A stretch of 64,000 nucleotides of DNA from an uncultured Spirochaetota bacterium (GTDB lineage: Bacteria; Spirochaetota; Spirochaetia; DSM-27196; DATKUC01). Where the stretch lies: positions 77,716-141,715 of the forward strand of contig CAWHUY010000034.1 of NCBI GenBank assembly GCA_963832675.1, given 5' to 3'. The notes below the pieces were generated by a model. It saw nothing but the letters and a program-made list of their open reading frames with translations, did no database searches and was not told the DNA's origin. Positions within the stretch are counted from its first letter, which is position 1; each line of letters begins with the position of its first letter. Shown here one piece after another: positions 28,564 through 38,381 of the stretch. Both the position numbers and the translations under genes were made by a program.

Positions 28564-29543
28564 CTCGCCTCCGCACCCTCGATCCAGGGCGCTGCAGCAG
28601 CGCGGATGGTGTCTGCGAGGCTCGAAAGAAAGGCACCGTCGTCGTTGACCGCAGGCGGCCGCTCGAGGCGAATCCCGGACTCGCGAGCAGCCCGTTGAGC
28701 TTCTATGTCGATATCGTAAAGAATTTCGACGTGATCGGAAATGAACCCCACCGGCACGCTCAGGACATTTCGGATACCGCGCCGTGCGAGCTCCGGCACG
28801 TAGTCTTCGAGTTGCGGTCCAAGCCAGGGCTCGGGGCTCTTTCCGGCTGACTGGTAGCTCCACGACCAGCGCTCCCGCGGGAGCCCGGCCGCGTGGGCGA
28901 CCAGCTCGGCGGTGCGCCAGAGCTGCGTCTGGTAGGGATCACCCTCCGTCAGGATTCGTTCGGGCAGACTGTGCGCCGAGAAGACGACATGGACACTGTT
29001 CCTCTCGGTCTCCGGCCAGCGCTCGAGGCCGGCGGCAACGCTTCGCGCGAGCGCGTCGATAAAGCCGGGCGCTTCGTAGTAGCTGTCCACGTGGAGGAAA
29101 TCGATCGAAGCGTGAAACATCTGCAGCGCATCGCGAACACGTTCCCGGTATCGTTCGACGCTCATGCGGCTGTAGTGCGGCGCAAGAACGATCCCGACAG
29201 CGCGTGTGATCCCGTCGTCGATCATACGACCCACCGCATCCTCGATCCAGGGGGACCAGTGCCGCATACCCACGTAGCACCGAAAGAGTTCCGTTCCGAG
29301 AAGTCGTGCTGTACCCTCCACCTGACGCTTCGTTATGGTCAAGAGCGGGGACGATCCTGCATATTCCGGGCCGTAGCCTGTGGCTTCCAGGCCGATCTTC
29401 CGGTAGTGGTCGGCGATCTCCTCGACGACACGCGAAGGCGTCGGTCTGCCGCTCCGTATGTCGGCGAGATAGCCGGGAATCTCCTGAGGCGCGTTCGGAC
29501 TCCCATAGGCCATGAAAAGAACACCGACAGGTTTGCTGCTCAC
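28560..29543 (-). CDS. hemH: Ferrochelatase (coproporphyrin ferrochelatase CpfC-type)
   Basis: LFMAYGSP, GMRHW.P, LAPHYS, FSAHSLP, YQSAG..PWLGP, GFISDHVEILYDID. Confidence 0.93.
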   Translation of the reverse strand: MSSKPVGVLFMAYGSPNAPQEIPGYLADIRSGRPTPSRVVEEIADHYRKIGLEATGYGPEYAGSSPLLTITKRQVEGTARLLGTELFRCYVGMRHWSPWIEDAVGRMIDDGITRAVGIVLAPHYSRMSVERYRERVRDALQMFHASIDFLHVDSYYEAPGFIDALARSVAAGLERWPETERNSVHVVFSAHSLPERILTEGDPYQTQLWRTAELVAHAAGLPRERWSWSYQSAGKSPEPWLGPQLEDYVPELARRGIRNVLSVPVGFISDHVEILYDIDIEAQRAARESGIRLERPPAVNDDGAFLSSLADTIRAAAAPWIEGAEAR

Positions 29544-30607
29544 GGGCTGCTCCGTTTCCGGTTCGGATCGGCCGCGCGCGAGCTCTCTTCCCGTACGAAC
29601 TCGAGAAGCCGTTGGACGTTCTCCACCGGCGTCTCCGGAAGGATCCCGTGGCCAAGATTGAAGATATGCCCGTTCTGGTTTTTCGTTTGTGACAGGACTT
29701 CGCGAATCTGGTACCGCAGCTCTCGCCACGGTGCGGTAAGCGCAATCGGATCGAGATTTCCCTGGACCGGACGATCGGGTCCGAGCCGGGAACGAATCTC
29801 CCCCAGCGGCAGGCGCCAGTCTACGCCGATGACATCTCCACCGCACGCCGCAACATTCTCGATGTAGGCCGACGTGCCTGTGCTGAAATTGATCACCGGC
29901 ACCTTCGTGCGGCGCAGGCTCTCAAAGAGTCTGGTGTTGTAGGGCCGCACGAATCGATCATAGTCCGACCGTCCGAGCGCGATCCCTGCCCACGAATCAA
30001 AAAGCTGCAACGCGTCGGCGCCCGCCTCGGCCTGCGCTGCCAGATAGTCGGTCTGGACGGTAACCAGCTTCGTCATCAGCCGTCTCCAGGCCGCCGGCTC
30101 CCGGTACATCAGCGCCTTGGTTCTGGCGAAGTTGCGCGATGTCCCGCCTTCAATCGCGTAACTCGCAAGCGTAAAGGGCGCGCCGGCAAACCCGATGAGA
30201 GGCGTCCCCGTCGAAGAAAGCTCACCTTTGACGCGGCGGATCGCTTCGAGCGTGAAAGGCATCGATTCTGCGGCGGGCGGTGCGGCAAGAAGATCGATGT
30301 CCCGGACCGTCCGAACCGGGTTCGAGATTATCGGCCCCTCTCCGGCGGCAAACTCGAGATCGAGTCCCATGGCGCGAAGCGGCGGAAGGATATCGGCGAA
30401 GATGATCGCCGCATCGAGGGAGAACCTCCTGACGGGCTGAAGCGTGACCTCCGCTGCCAGATCCGGCTCCTCGATGATCTCGAGAATCGAGTGCCGTTCC
30501 CGCAGAGCCCGATACTCGGCCATGTAGCGCCCCGCCTGGCGCATGAGCCAGACAGGCGTTCGCTCGACCGGCTCGCCGCGCATCGCGCGAATCAGAAGCG
30601 GCGTCAC
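29540..30607 (-). CDS. hemE: Uroporphyrinogen decarboxylase
   Basis: PVWLMRQAGRY, IFADIL, GFAGAPFTLASY, QGNLDP, FNLGHG. Confidence 0.96.
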   Translation of the reverse strand: MTPLLIRAMRGEPVERTPVWLMRQAGRYMAEYRALRERHSILEIIEEPDLAAEVTLQPVRRFSLDAAIIFADILPPLRAMGLDLEFAAGEGPIISNPVRTVRDIDLLAAPPAAESMPFTLEAIRRVKGELSSTGTPLIGFAGAPFTLASYAIEGGTSRNFARTKALMYREPAAWRRLMTKLVTVQTDYLAAQAEAGADALQLFDSWAGIALGRSDYDRFVRPYNTRLFESLRRTKVPVINFSTGTSAYIENVAACGGDVIGVDWRLPLGEIRSRLGPDRPVQGNLDPIALTAPWRELRYQIREVLSQTKNQNGHIFNLGHGILPETPVENVQRLLEFVREESSRAADPNRKRSSP

Positions 30608-31407
30608 GGCGCGTCTGCCTGCCCGGAAGCTTCACCCGCCGCCGGTGCGGCGACTGCAGACGCCTGACTTTCGGATGGACTCGATCCGGAAACGGCCCGC
30701 CAGACAACCCGCCCGGTGAAGAAGGGCCCGAGTCGAGCGATATAGTGTGCGGTCTGCCGGGTCTTCCGCATCGTCTGAACGATGACCGAGAGCGGATGCA
30801 GCTGCGGGCCAAGCACGCCGATCACAAAATCATTGTCTTCCTTGTTGAGGCCGTGACAGGCGAGTCTCACGTCGTGGCCAACACCCGCGTTGCCGAAGGC
30901 GTGTCCGATCTTGCCGTGCTCGCCCAGGATCGCGCGCTGCTCCTCGGAAGAAAGCTCCTCGAACGCTCCGGTTCTGCGTAGCGGGTACCACACCGCCCAG
31001 GGAAGGGACTCGTCCTGCAGATTCCGTTTGGGCCGATCGATGATCGCCTCCTGGAGATCCGACTCGTACCCACGGGCGTAGGTTCGGCCGAACATGGTGT
31101 ACTCCTGCTTAAAGACGAGTTTGCGCAGCGATGAGCGGCCAACGTAGCCGCGAACCTCGTCCAGAAAGTAATCCGGCTCCTCGCTGTAGGTGACCAACCC
31201 GACCCCGAACGGATCGTTCAGATCCTCGTAGAGCACCGCCTGCAGCCCGGAGGCGCGCAATTCCGCCTCGATTTTCTCAGTTCGCCGGCATCCCCCGAAG
31301 GCGAGTAACTGAACGAAAAGCCGCCTGTCGATTGCGTGAACTCCATTGACCGTAGTCCGGCCCTTCTCCCGTACGTCGATTGCAGAGGCCAATGCATCAT
31401 TGTCCAT
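30604..31407 (-). CDS. hemQ: Coproheme decarboxylase (chlorite dismutase family)
   Basis: WYPLRR, EHGKIG, RLACHG, DNDFV, MRK, GPFFTG; located inside the heme operon. Confidence 0.85.
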   Translation of the reverse strand: MDNDALASAIDVREKGRTTVNGVHAIDRRLFVQLLAFGGCRRTEKIEAELRASGLQAVLYEDLNDPFGVGLVTYSEEPDYFLDEVRGYVGRSSLRKLVFKQEYTMFGRTYARGYESDLQEAIIDRPKRNLQDESLPWAVWYPLRRTGAFEELSSEEQRAILGEHGKIGHAFGNAGVGHDVRLACHGLNKEDNDFVIGVLGPQLHPLSVIVQTMRKTRQTAHYIARLGPFFTGRVVWRAVSGSSPSESQASAVAAPAAGEASGQADAP

Positions 31408-31419
31408 TCAGGATCTCCC

Positions 31420-32467
31420 TCAGTTCTTTTCGGTAAGCCATCGCGCGGCGTCTTTCGCGTGATAACTGATTATGAGGTCTGCGCCGGCCCGGCGGATCGA
31501 AGTGAGCAGCTCCAGTACCGCCTGTCGTTCGTCGATCCAGCCATTGGCCGCGGCGGCCTTGAGCATAGCGTACTCCCCGCTCACATTGTAGGCGACGAGC
31601 GGAAGCTCCGGATAGGCGGCGCGCAATCGCTGCACGACGTCGAGATAGGGCAGCGCCGGCTTCACCATGAGAAAGTCCGCGCCCTCTTCTACGTCGAGAC
31701 GAGCTTCGCGAAGCGCTTCCCGCGCGTTTGCAGGATCCATCTGGTGTGTCCGTCGGTCCCCGAATTTCGGTGTCCCTTCAGCGGCTTCCCGGAACGGCCC
31801 ATAGAAGGCGGATGCGTACTTCACCGCATAGGACATCACGGGGACCGTCTGGTGGCCGGAACCGTCGAGCCGTTGCCGGATTGTACGGACCATGCCGTCT
31901 ATCATGCCGCTTGGCGCAACCACATCGGCGCCGGCACGAGCGTGCGACAGCGCGATTCGACCTATGGCCTCGAGAGTTGGATCATTCAGGAGGTACCCTT
32001 CAGGCAAGTTGGGATTGGAATCAGCACTCCCCGGATCGTTGAGAATTCCGCAGTGGCCGTGATCGGTATACTCGCACAAACAGACGTCGGTGATGACCAG
32101 CAGCCCGGGGACACTGCTCTTCAGTTCCCGAATGGCGCGTTGAATTACTCCGTCATCTGCGTAGCTTGCGCTGCCTGCCAGGTCTTTGTGTGCCGGAATC
32201 CCGAAGAGCAGTACGGCGGGAATACCGAGCGCGTGCACTTGAGCTGCCTCGCGCGGCAATTCGTCGAGCGAAAGCTGGTAGACCCCCGGCATGGAGCTCA
32301 CCGCCTTTCGCGGTTCGGTCCCTTCGGTGACGAAGAGCGGGTATATCAACTGGTCCACTGAGAGCCGCGTCTCGCGCACCATCGCGCGAAGCACCGCCCC
32401 GGATCGGAGTCGCCGCGGGCGAATCGCTCCCGGCCCGGCTCGAATTCACGACCGTCTCATTCTCCAT
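31420..32467 (-). CDS. hemB: Porphobilinogen synthase; 5' end disrupted (frameshift or early TGA)
   Basis: [43 protein letters not shown]; conserved RPRRLR lies upstream of the first usable in-frame start. Confidence 0.92.
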
Positions 32468-34190
32468 GCGATTGTGCTCCATAGTACACTGTAAGTGCTG
32501 CCACAAGCCCCTCTGCCGTGTGGATGGCTGCCTCGAAATGCACCGGAATGCCCGCCTCTCGCGCGGCGGCGGCAGTCGAAGGTCCAATACAACCGACACA
32601 GACCTTCCCGCCGGCCATCTGGTCAAGCAGAGTAGGGTCGGCGCCAAGCGCCGATGAAAGGGCGCGTACCGCAGATCCACTTGCGAAAAGAATCGCGTCG
32701 ACACCGACGGCCATCTCCCGCCTCGCTTCTTCACCGATCGGCAAAGATTCAGTGCTGTACACCTCTACCCGATCGACTTCGATGCCTCGCGCAGCGAGCT
32801 CCCGTTCTGCGTCACGGTTCCCACCGCGTGCGGCAACCGCCAGTACTCGGCCTTCGCTGCGGCAGGGAAGCTCGCGCCCGAGCGTCTGTCCGGTGAAATC
32901 GGACGGGACGAAAGATGCGCTGATTCCGCGCCGTTCGAGTTCTGCCGCGCTCGCAGTCCCGACGGCCGCCGCCGGCGGGAGAGCGGTGGGCCAGGCGCCC
33001 CACAGATCGACTGTGCGGTCGAGAAAGATTTGCACCGCGGTGCTGCTCGCGAACAACAGCCAATCGTATTTCCCGATCTCACGTATCACCCGGTCGATTG
33101 GCTGCATGTCCGGCGAAGGTACCGTCCGGATGGCCGGAATAACCAGAGGAACGGCGCCCCGGGCGATGAGGAGCGCCACGAGCCCGCCGGCCTGCTCCGC
33201 AGAACGGGTCACGACTATTCGCCGTCCCGAAAGCGGGAGTTCCGGATTTCCTGCACTAACCAATTCGGCCGCGCCGCCTGCCAAAGCATCTTCGGCAAGC
33301 CGACGGCCAAGCTCATCCGGATCGGCGCCGGTTCCTTCAACTTCGACCGACCGGCAGCCATCGAGGGAGAGCACCCGTCCCCGCAGGTGTACCGCCACCT
33401 CCCCGGCACGCTCCTCCGACGTTGCAAGGGCAGCCACCGGGGAAGAACAGCCGGCGCCGAGAGCCGCAAGAAAGCGGCGTTCGGCGCTCACGCACCGGCG
33501 CAGCTCGGCGTCTTCGACCGGCGCAAGAAGGGCGAGCGTCTTTTCGTCGCTTCGGCGGCATTGAACGGCGAGCGCACCCTGACCGGGCGCTGGCAGCATG
33601 AGCGCGTAGTCGAGTGGTTCTGCGTGCAATTCCTCGAGGCCAAGCCGTGCGAGGCCGGCGGCCGCGAGAACGACCCCATCGTACTCACCGTCCAGAACTT
33701 TCCGTACTCGAGTTTCGACGTTTCCACGGATGGAGCGCGGCAGGATATCGGGACGCGCGGCAAGCAGTTGGGCCTGCCGTCGAAGAGAGCTTGTTCCTAC
33801 AACCGCTCCGGCCCGAAGGTCCGAAAGAGCAACGCCGTCGCGAGTTACAAGAACATCGGCCGGATCGGTTCGGCCGAAGATGGCCCCGATGACGAGTCCG
33901 TCAGACTCCTCGACCGGGAGATCCTTCAAAGAGTGCACGGCAAAATCGATCTCCCCGTCACGAAGCGCCAGTTCCAGCCTCTCGGTGAAAAGACCCTTTC
34001 CCCCGATCTGCGGAAGCGGAGTTTCGATTTCGCGGTCCCCGCGCGTCGCGTAGAGGCGGATGTCGATACGGACTGAAGGAAAGGCTGCCCGTAACAGTGA
34101 GGTGACGTACGCCGTCTGGCTGCGAGCGAGCTGGGAAGTTCTGCTTCCGACGAGAAGCGTCACCGGTTTTTCTCGGAGATCCAGGGTCAC
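32457..34190 (-). CDS. hemC: Fused hydroxymethylbilane synthase / uroporphyrinogen-III synthase (HemC-HemD)
   Basis: GSRTSQLA, GGKGLFT, VHSLKD, GTSSLRR, RGNV.TR, LPAPGQG, then HemD part LSGRRIVVTR, FASS.AV, FASGSAV, CIGP.TA; GTG 34190. Confidence 0.92.
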   Translation of the reverse strand: MTLDLREKPVTLLVGSRTSQLARSQTAYVTSLLRAAFPSVRIDIRLYATRGDREIETPLPQIGGKGLFTERLELALRDGEIDFAVHSLKDLPVEESDGLVIGAIFGRTDPADVLVTRDGVALSDLRAGAVVGTSSLRRQAQLLAARPDILPRSIRGNVETRVRKVLDGEYDGVVLAAAGLARLGLEELHAEPLDYALMLPAPGQGALAVQCRRSDEKTLALLAPVEDAELRRCVSAERRFLAALGAGCSSPVAALATSEERAGEVAVHLRGRVLSLDGCRSVEVEGTGADPDELGRRLAEDALAGGAAELVSAGNPELPLSGRRIVVTRSAEQAGGLVALLIARGAVPLVIPAIRTVPSPDMQPIDRVIREIGKYDWLLFASSTAVQIFLDRTVDLWGAWPTALPPAAAVGTASAAELERRGISASFVPSDFTGQTLGRELPCRSEGRVLAVAARGGNRDAERELAARGIEVDRVEVYSTESLPIGEEARREMAVGVDAILFASGSAVRALSSALGADPTLLDQMAGGKVCVGCIGPSTAAAAREAGIPVHFEAAIHTAEGLVAALTVYYGAQSHGE

Positions 34191-35644
34191 GCCCTCAGTC
34201 CCCCCGACGACTCCTCTCGATCTGCCGGATCGTTTTCGGCCGTATCGCCGGCGGCAGGATCGATGTCCGCGTAGCGGCAGGGTGTGTATCTCCCGGAATC
34301 CGGCAGGATATCGAAAAGGTACCCGATGGTCTCGGCGTGCGACTGCGCGACTTCCTGACCTGCCTCGTCGCGCAAACGCCGGGCCGGTGTCTGGAGCAGC
34401 CGTTTGACCAGCGAGCGGGCCAGGCCGTCGAGCCGTTCCCACTCGTGGGGTCGAAGCTCGGGTAGCTCTCGCCGTGCTCGCTCCATAACCTCTTCACGAA
34501 TGGACTCTGCGCGCTTCCAAAACCCGGCGAGCACCGGCCGCATCAGAAGCTCCCCCACTCTTTCCCGAAAAGAGGCGATCTCCCCGGTGATTATCCTTTC
34601 AACGTGCGGGACCTGCGCGCGACGGTCATGCGCGTTCCGCATGTGCGCTGCTTTGATCTTGTCCAGGTTGAAAAGGTGGACGTTTGCGATGCCTCCGACC
34701 TCCTCCCCCACGTTTCTTGGCACCGCGATGTCGATGATCACCAGTGGATGGGAACGTCCGCGATCCCGCATTGCCTCGCCGACATTGGTGCTCGCGACGA
34801 GAGGCTGAGGCGCATTCGCCGCCGTGATCAGTATGTCGGTTGCGGGCAGGAGCTCGGGAAGTGCGTCGAGCGGATAGGCTCTTCCGCCCCAGCGTGCGGA
34901 AATCTCTTTCGCGCGATCTTCAGACCGATTCACCACCGCGATCTTCGTGACTCCGCGATGGACGAGCGCCTTCAACGTCAACTCGCCGGTCTCACCCGCG
35001 CCTAACACGGTAACCCGCGACCCGGCGAGGTCTTCGACGACCTCCGACGCAAGCTGAACCGCGACCGAACTGATGCTGGAAGCGTTCTTCCCGATACTGG
35101 TTTCGGCTCGGCCGCGCTTTCCCGCCCGAAGCGCTGACTGGAACAGCTCCGTAAGAAAGGGCCCGGCAGTGCCGGCCGACTGCGCTGCGGCAAGCGCCGC
35201 AGTGGTTTGTCCCTGGATCTCGTATTCGCCGAGCACGACCGAATCGAGGCCGCAGGTAACGCGGAACAGATGCTCGAAGACCTCCTGGTCCGAATAGAGG
35301 TAGAACGGTTCTCCGGTCGGTTCGTGCCCATCTGCGTTCACTGTGTCGCTGAGCCGCCTGACCTCCTCGGTCAGATCAGCAATCTGCTGAGTAATGGTGC
35401 GGCACCCGCGCGTAGCAGTTTTCGCCCAGTATATCTCGAAACGGTTGCAGGTCGACAGAATCACCTCTTCGAAGAGACAGTCCGCGCAGCCGCCACCGAG
35501 AACCATTCTCAGTCCGCGAGAGAACGTCTCAGAAGAGAGGGAGAGTTTCTCCAGCAGCTCAACCGGAGCTGTCTGATGATTCAGACCAAAGCAGAAGAAG
35601 TTCACCGCCGGTACGTATGGGGTTTCGCCGATTTTCGTCGCCAT
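34187..35644 (-). CDS. hemA: Glutamyl-tRNA reductase
   Basis: GLNHQTAP, LSTCNR.E, HLF.V.CGLDS.VLGE.EI.GQ, LGAGE, DIAVPRN; start uncertain. Confidence 0.92.
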   Translation of the reverse strand: MATKIGETPYVPAVNFFCFGLNHQTAPVELLEKLSLSSETFSRGLRMVLGGGCADCLFEEVILSTCNRFEIYWAKTATRGCRTITQQIADLTEEVRRLSDTVNADGHEPTGEPFYLYSDQEVFEHLFRVTCGLDSVVLGEYEIQGQTTAALAAAQSAGTAGPFLTELFQSALRAGKRGRAETSIGKNASSISSVAVQLASEVVEDLAGSRVTVLGAGETGELTLKALVHRGVTKIAVVNRSEDRAKEISARWGGRAYPLDALPELLPATDILITAANAPQPLVASTNVGEAMRDRGRSHPLVIIDIAVPRNVGEEVGGIANVHLFNLDKIKAAHMRNAHDRRAQVPHVERIITGEIASFRERVGELLMRPVLAGFWKRAESIREEVMERARRELPELRPHEWERLDGLARSLVKRLLQTPARRLRDEAGQEVAQSHAETIGYLFDILPDSGRYTPCRYADIDPAAGDTAENDPADREESSGGLRA

Positions 35645-35741
35645 TTTTCGCTGGATGCCTCGCAAGGATGACTCGGGGTCGGCCGGAAATGCGCATCGAA
35701 ACGCTCCACCGTAGTCCCGCGGACAGTGCTGTATCAGAAGA

Positions 35742-35770
35742 AAGCTAATATTCGCTGCATCACACGTCAA
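35742..35770 (-). promoter_or_regulatory. Putative sigma70 promoter of the heme operon
   Basis: TTGACG-17 nt-TAGCTT on the minus strand upstream of hemA. Confidence 0.45.
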
Positions 35771-35892
35771 GTTCGGGAGAAAACCGGGGATGACGGGAGA
35801 GGTTTGGAGGGTTCGGCTCGCGCCAATGGGCCGGCGGTTCGGCGGACCTCAGGTGCCTGCGCAGAAAGCCGGGTCGCTGCGGCCTTTCTCTT

Positions 35893-37251
35893 TCAGACGG
35901 CCAGCAGCCGATCCGCAGCGAGCTCTCTCTGTCCGGATTTCGGAAAAACGGCACTCGCCATGCTCCAGACTGTCGGTACCTTGGCGTAATCGTACTCCCG
36001 GTAGCCATCTTCGCGAAGGTGGGACAGATAGAAGGACCCCCCGGGGATTTCGAAGCGGTCGTCGACGACCCGTTGGCCGAGGCCGAGGTAGGGTATGTTC
36101 ATCCACAACTCGTAGTCTCGTACATCGCTGCGTCCGCCGCGCTCGAGCAGCGGGGATGTCCACGACGAAATGACTTCCGGCGCCTTCGCCGCAATCCTCC
36201 CGCTCATTACGATCATGGTGTTTCCCGAACCATAGGAGCACAAGAGAACGGATTTTCCGACTATCGCGCTTCGTTCGGATCGGAACCGGTTCTGCAACAG
36301 GGATGCGAGCGTAATGTACAGCGAGGCGGTGTAGGTATTCCCTATGTCGGCAACCACTTCGAGAGACTCATACATCCCCCGTTCGTGGAGTTGGCGGCGC
36401 ACCTCGGAAGCTGAGAGGCCAAGGTGCGTTTCCATCATTTTTTCAAGGGCGATCGCGGGCATGTTTCGAAACGGCGCGTGCAGAACAAAGTAATCGGTGC
36501 GCTGAAGCACCGCGGCCAAGATCGTTCCCTGCCGCGCCGCGAAATCCGCGAGCGCCCTCTCGAGGTTGTTCCGGTAGCACTGCATCGAGTACTGTCCCTT
36601 CACCTTTGCCGTGACTGATCCGAGAGGTCGAAAGAAATCGTCTACATCTTCCGAAGAGTAGCCCATGTTGGCAATGTCGAGCTCGACGAGTGCCGGTTCC
36701 TTTTCGACCAGCAGCGCCACGGCACCCGCCCCCTGGGTCACCTCTGCGGTCGACTTGCCTTCGTAGCGGGCTATGTCGGCGGCGATCACGAGCGCGCTTT
36801 CGCCGTCCTGCGGTGCGGCTGCAAGGAGGGCGGCAGCGCTCATCAGGCCGAGCGTTCCGCCTGCGCAGGCGTGCTGTACCTGAAAGCTCGCGAGACCTGA
36901 CGGCATCTGAATCCCCGCTTTCCCGAGCATTCCCTGCACATAGGCGGAAACCGGTTTTGAATAGTCCATGGGAGTCTCAGTGCCGGTCACCAGGTATCTC
37001 AGTTTAGACAGGTTGTTGAGGCGGCCGTTGCGGATAAGCCGGAGCGCCGCGGCGGCGGCCATCGTTGAAGTATCCTCGTACGGCCGGGGAAACCGGATTG
37101 AACGCTGGCCTGTTGTGCGAACCGCACGATCGTAGTGGCGCTCGAGATGCGGCAGCGTCTCTACCCGGTACCGGATCAGCTCCTCCAGATCCATCCGCAG
37201 CTCGGGAACATATAGACCAATATCGCTGATTCCGACCGTTCGTGTATTCAT
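35893..37251 (-). CDS. mvaS: Hydroxymethylglutaryl-CoA synthase family protein
   Basis: GISDIGLYVP, ED..TMA, GTET, QHACAGGT (catalytic Cys), E.TQGAGAVA, DFFRP, HAPF, GNTYTAS, SYGSG; ATG 37251 with GGAGG RBS. Confidence 0.85.
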   Translation of the reverse strand: MNTRTVGISDIGLYVPELRMDLEELIRYRVETLPHLERHYDRAVRTTGQRSIRFPRPYEDTSTMAAAAALRLIRNGRLNNLSKLRYLVTGTETPMDYSKPVSAYVQGMLGKAGIQMPSGLASFQVQHACAGGTLGLMSAAALLAAAPQDGESALVIAADIARYEGKSTAEVTQGAGAVALLVEKEPALVELDIANMGYSSEDVDDFFRPLGSVTAKVKGQYSMQCYRNNLERALADFAARQGTILAAVLQRTDYFVLHAPFRNMPAIALEKMMETHLGLSASEVRRQLHERGMYESLEVVADIGNTYTASLYITLASLLQNRFRSERSAIVGKSVLLCSYGSGNTMIVMSGRIAAKAPEVISSWTSPLLERGGRSDVRDYELWMNIPYLGLGQRVVDDRFEIPGGSFYLSHLREDGYREYDYAKVPTVWSMASAVFPKSGQRELAADRLLAV

Positions 37252-37298
37252 CCCCGTTTGTCCCTCCGCGCAGCGCCGTATCCTGGCCGCTTGAAGAG

Positions 37299-37328
37299 TA
37301 ATATAACTCATTACGTGTATTTAGTCCA
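37299..37328 (-). promoter_or_regulatory. Putative promoter of HMG-CoA synthase with imperfect palindrome AACTC-N5-GTGTA (37305-37319)
   Basis: Minus strand TGGACT-17 nt-TATATT in an AT-rich patch. Confidence 0.45.
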
Positions 37329-37390
37329 GGTATTTCCCGCTGAATCGGCGGATATACGTCGTTTCGTGATCTATCTTTGGTTTTTCGCGC

Positions 37391-38296
37391 CTATTGGTCG
37401 CCGTTTTTTCGCGCGACCAGTATCGAGGCGATTTTTACCGCCTCGGAGGCGTCTTTTGCGTATCCGTCGGCCTTCAGTCGACTCCACTGTTCGGGCTCCT
37501 GGTTCAACGCCCTTCCTCCGATCAATATCCTCGTCTGTCGTGCCGCCGGAGCCTCCCGGATTGCGCGGATGAGATCTGCCGCCTGATTGCGGTTATACGC
37601 CATGGTGACCGAGATCGCAACGAGGTCGACCGGCGAATCGGCGAGCGCGCTTATGAAACTTTGCGTCGGCAGATTCGTGCCGAGGAAGCGCGTGTGCCAC
37701 CCGGCCAGTCCGAGAAAGTCGAGCACCATCCGCACGCCAATCTGATGCATCTCACCGCCGCACGCTACTCCGATGGCCGTCCGGGGAAGAGTGGGGCTCG
37801 GAAACCGCTCGGAAAGCATCGCCATGTAGGTTTCGGTCATCGCCGAGATGAAATGCTCCTGGAAGACATCGATCCTCCCGGTCTCCCACAGACGGCCGAC
37901 CTCATGGAGCACCGCCTCGAAGATAGTGCTGTAGATCTCCTGGATCGGCACTCGCTTACCGAGGGAATCCAGGATCACCTTTCGCGCTACCGCCTGGTTT
38001 CCTTCGAGGAGCGAATCCAGGTACTTCTTCGCGCTCAGACCGAGTTTCACCGGCTCTTGAGGCAACACCTCACCGCCGGTTGTCGGAGACCGCCGGTCGC
38101 TTCGGCCCATCAAGAAGTCGAGGGTTACGCCGAAAAAGTCGGCGATGCGCGAAAGTGTCGGCTCGTCGGGAAACCGCGTGCTCTGTTCGTAGTTCGCGAT
38201 CGTTGTCTGGGCGAGACCCAGGGCATCGGCCAGGTCCTTTTGCCGCAGTTGCTTGTCTTTTCGTATCTCTTTCAAGCGGGATGCAAAGCTCGACAT
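37391..38296 (-). CDS. XRE-family HTH transcriptional regulator fused to CarH-type cobalamin-binding domains
   Basis: RLKEIRK..LRQKDLA..LG.AQTTIANYE..R.P XRE HTH; W-x9-EH (LWETGRIDVFQEH), EMHQIG, LG.NLP, SVTM, GG B12-binding motifs. Confidence 0.88.
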   Translation of the reverse strand: MSSFASRLKEIRKDKQLRQKDLADALGLAQTTIANYEQSTRFPDEPTLSRIADFFGVTLDFLMGRSDRRSPTTGGEVLPQEPVKLGLSAKKYLDSLLEGNQAVARKVILDSLGKRVPIQEIYSTIFEAVLHEVGRLWETGRIDVFQEHFISAMTETYMAMLSERFPSPTLPRTAIGVACGGEMHQIGVRMVLDFLGLAGWHTRFLGTNLPTQSFISALADSPVDLVAISVTMAYNRNQAADLIRAIREAPAARQTRILIGGRALNQEPEQWSRLKADGYAKDASEAVKIASILVARKNGDQ

Positions 38297-38381
38297 CTCT
38301 GTTTCACCCTCTGAGGTGCGTATTACCCGGAATATAACACAAATTGGGTTCCACTGCTACTCGTTTCGTGTGCAGCGAAGC

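Noticed and set aside
30604-31407. Chlorite dismutase / perchlorate respiration
   Set aside because: No signal peptide and embedded between hemB and hemE with CpfC and CgoX, so coproheme decarboxylase is more parsimonious.
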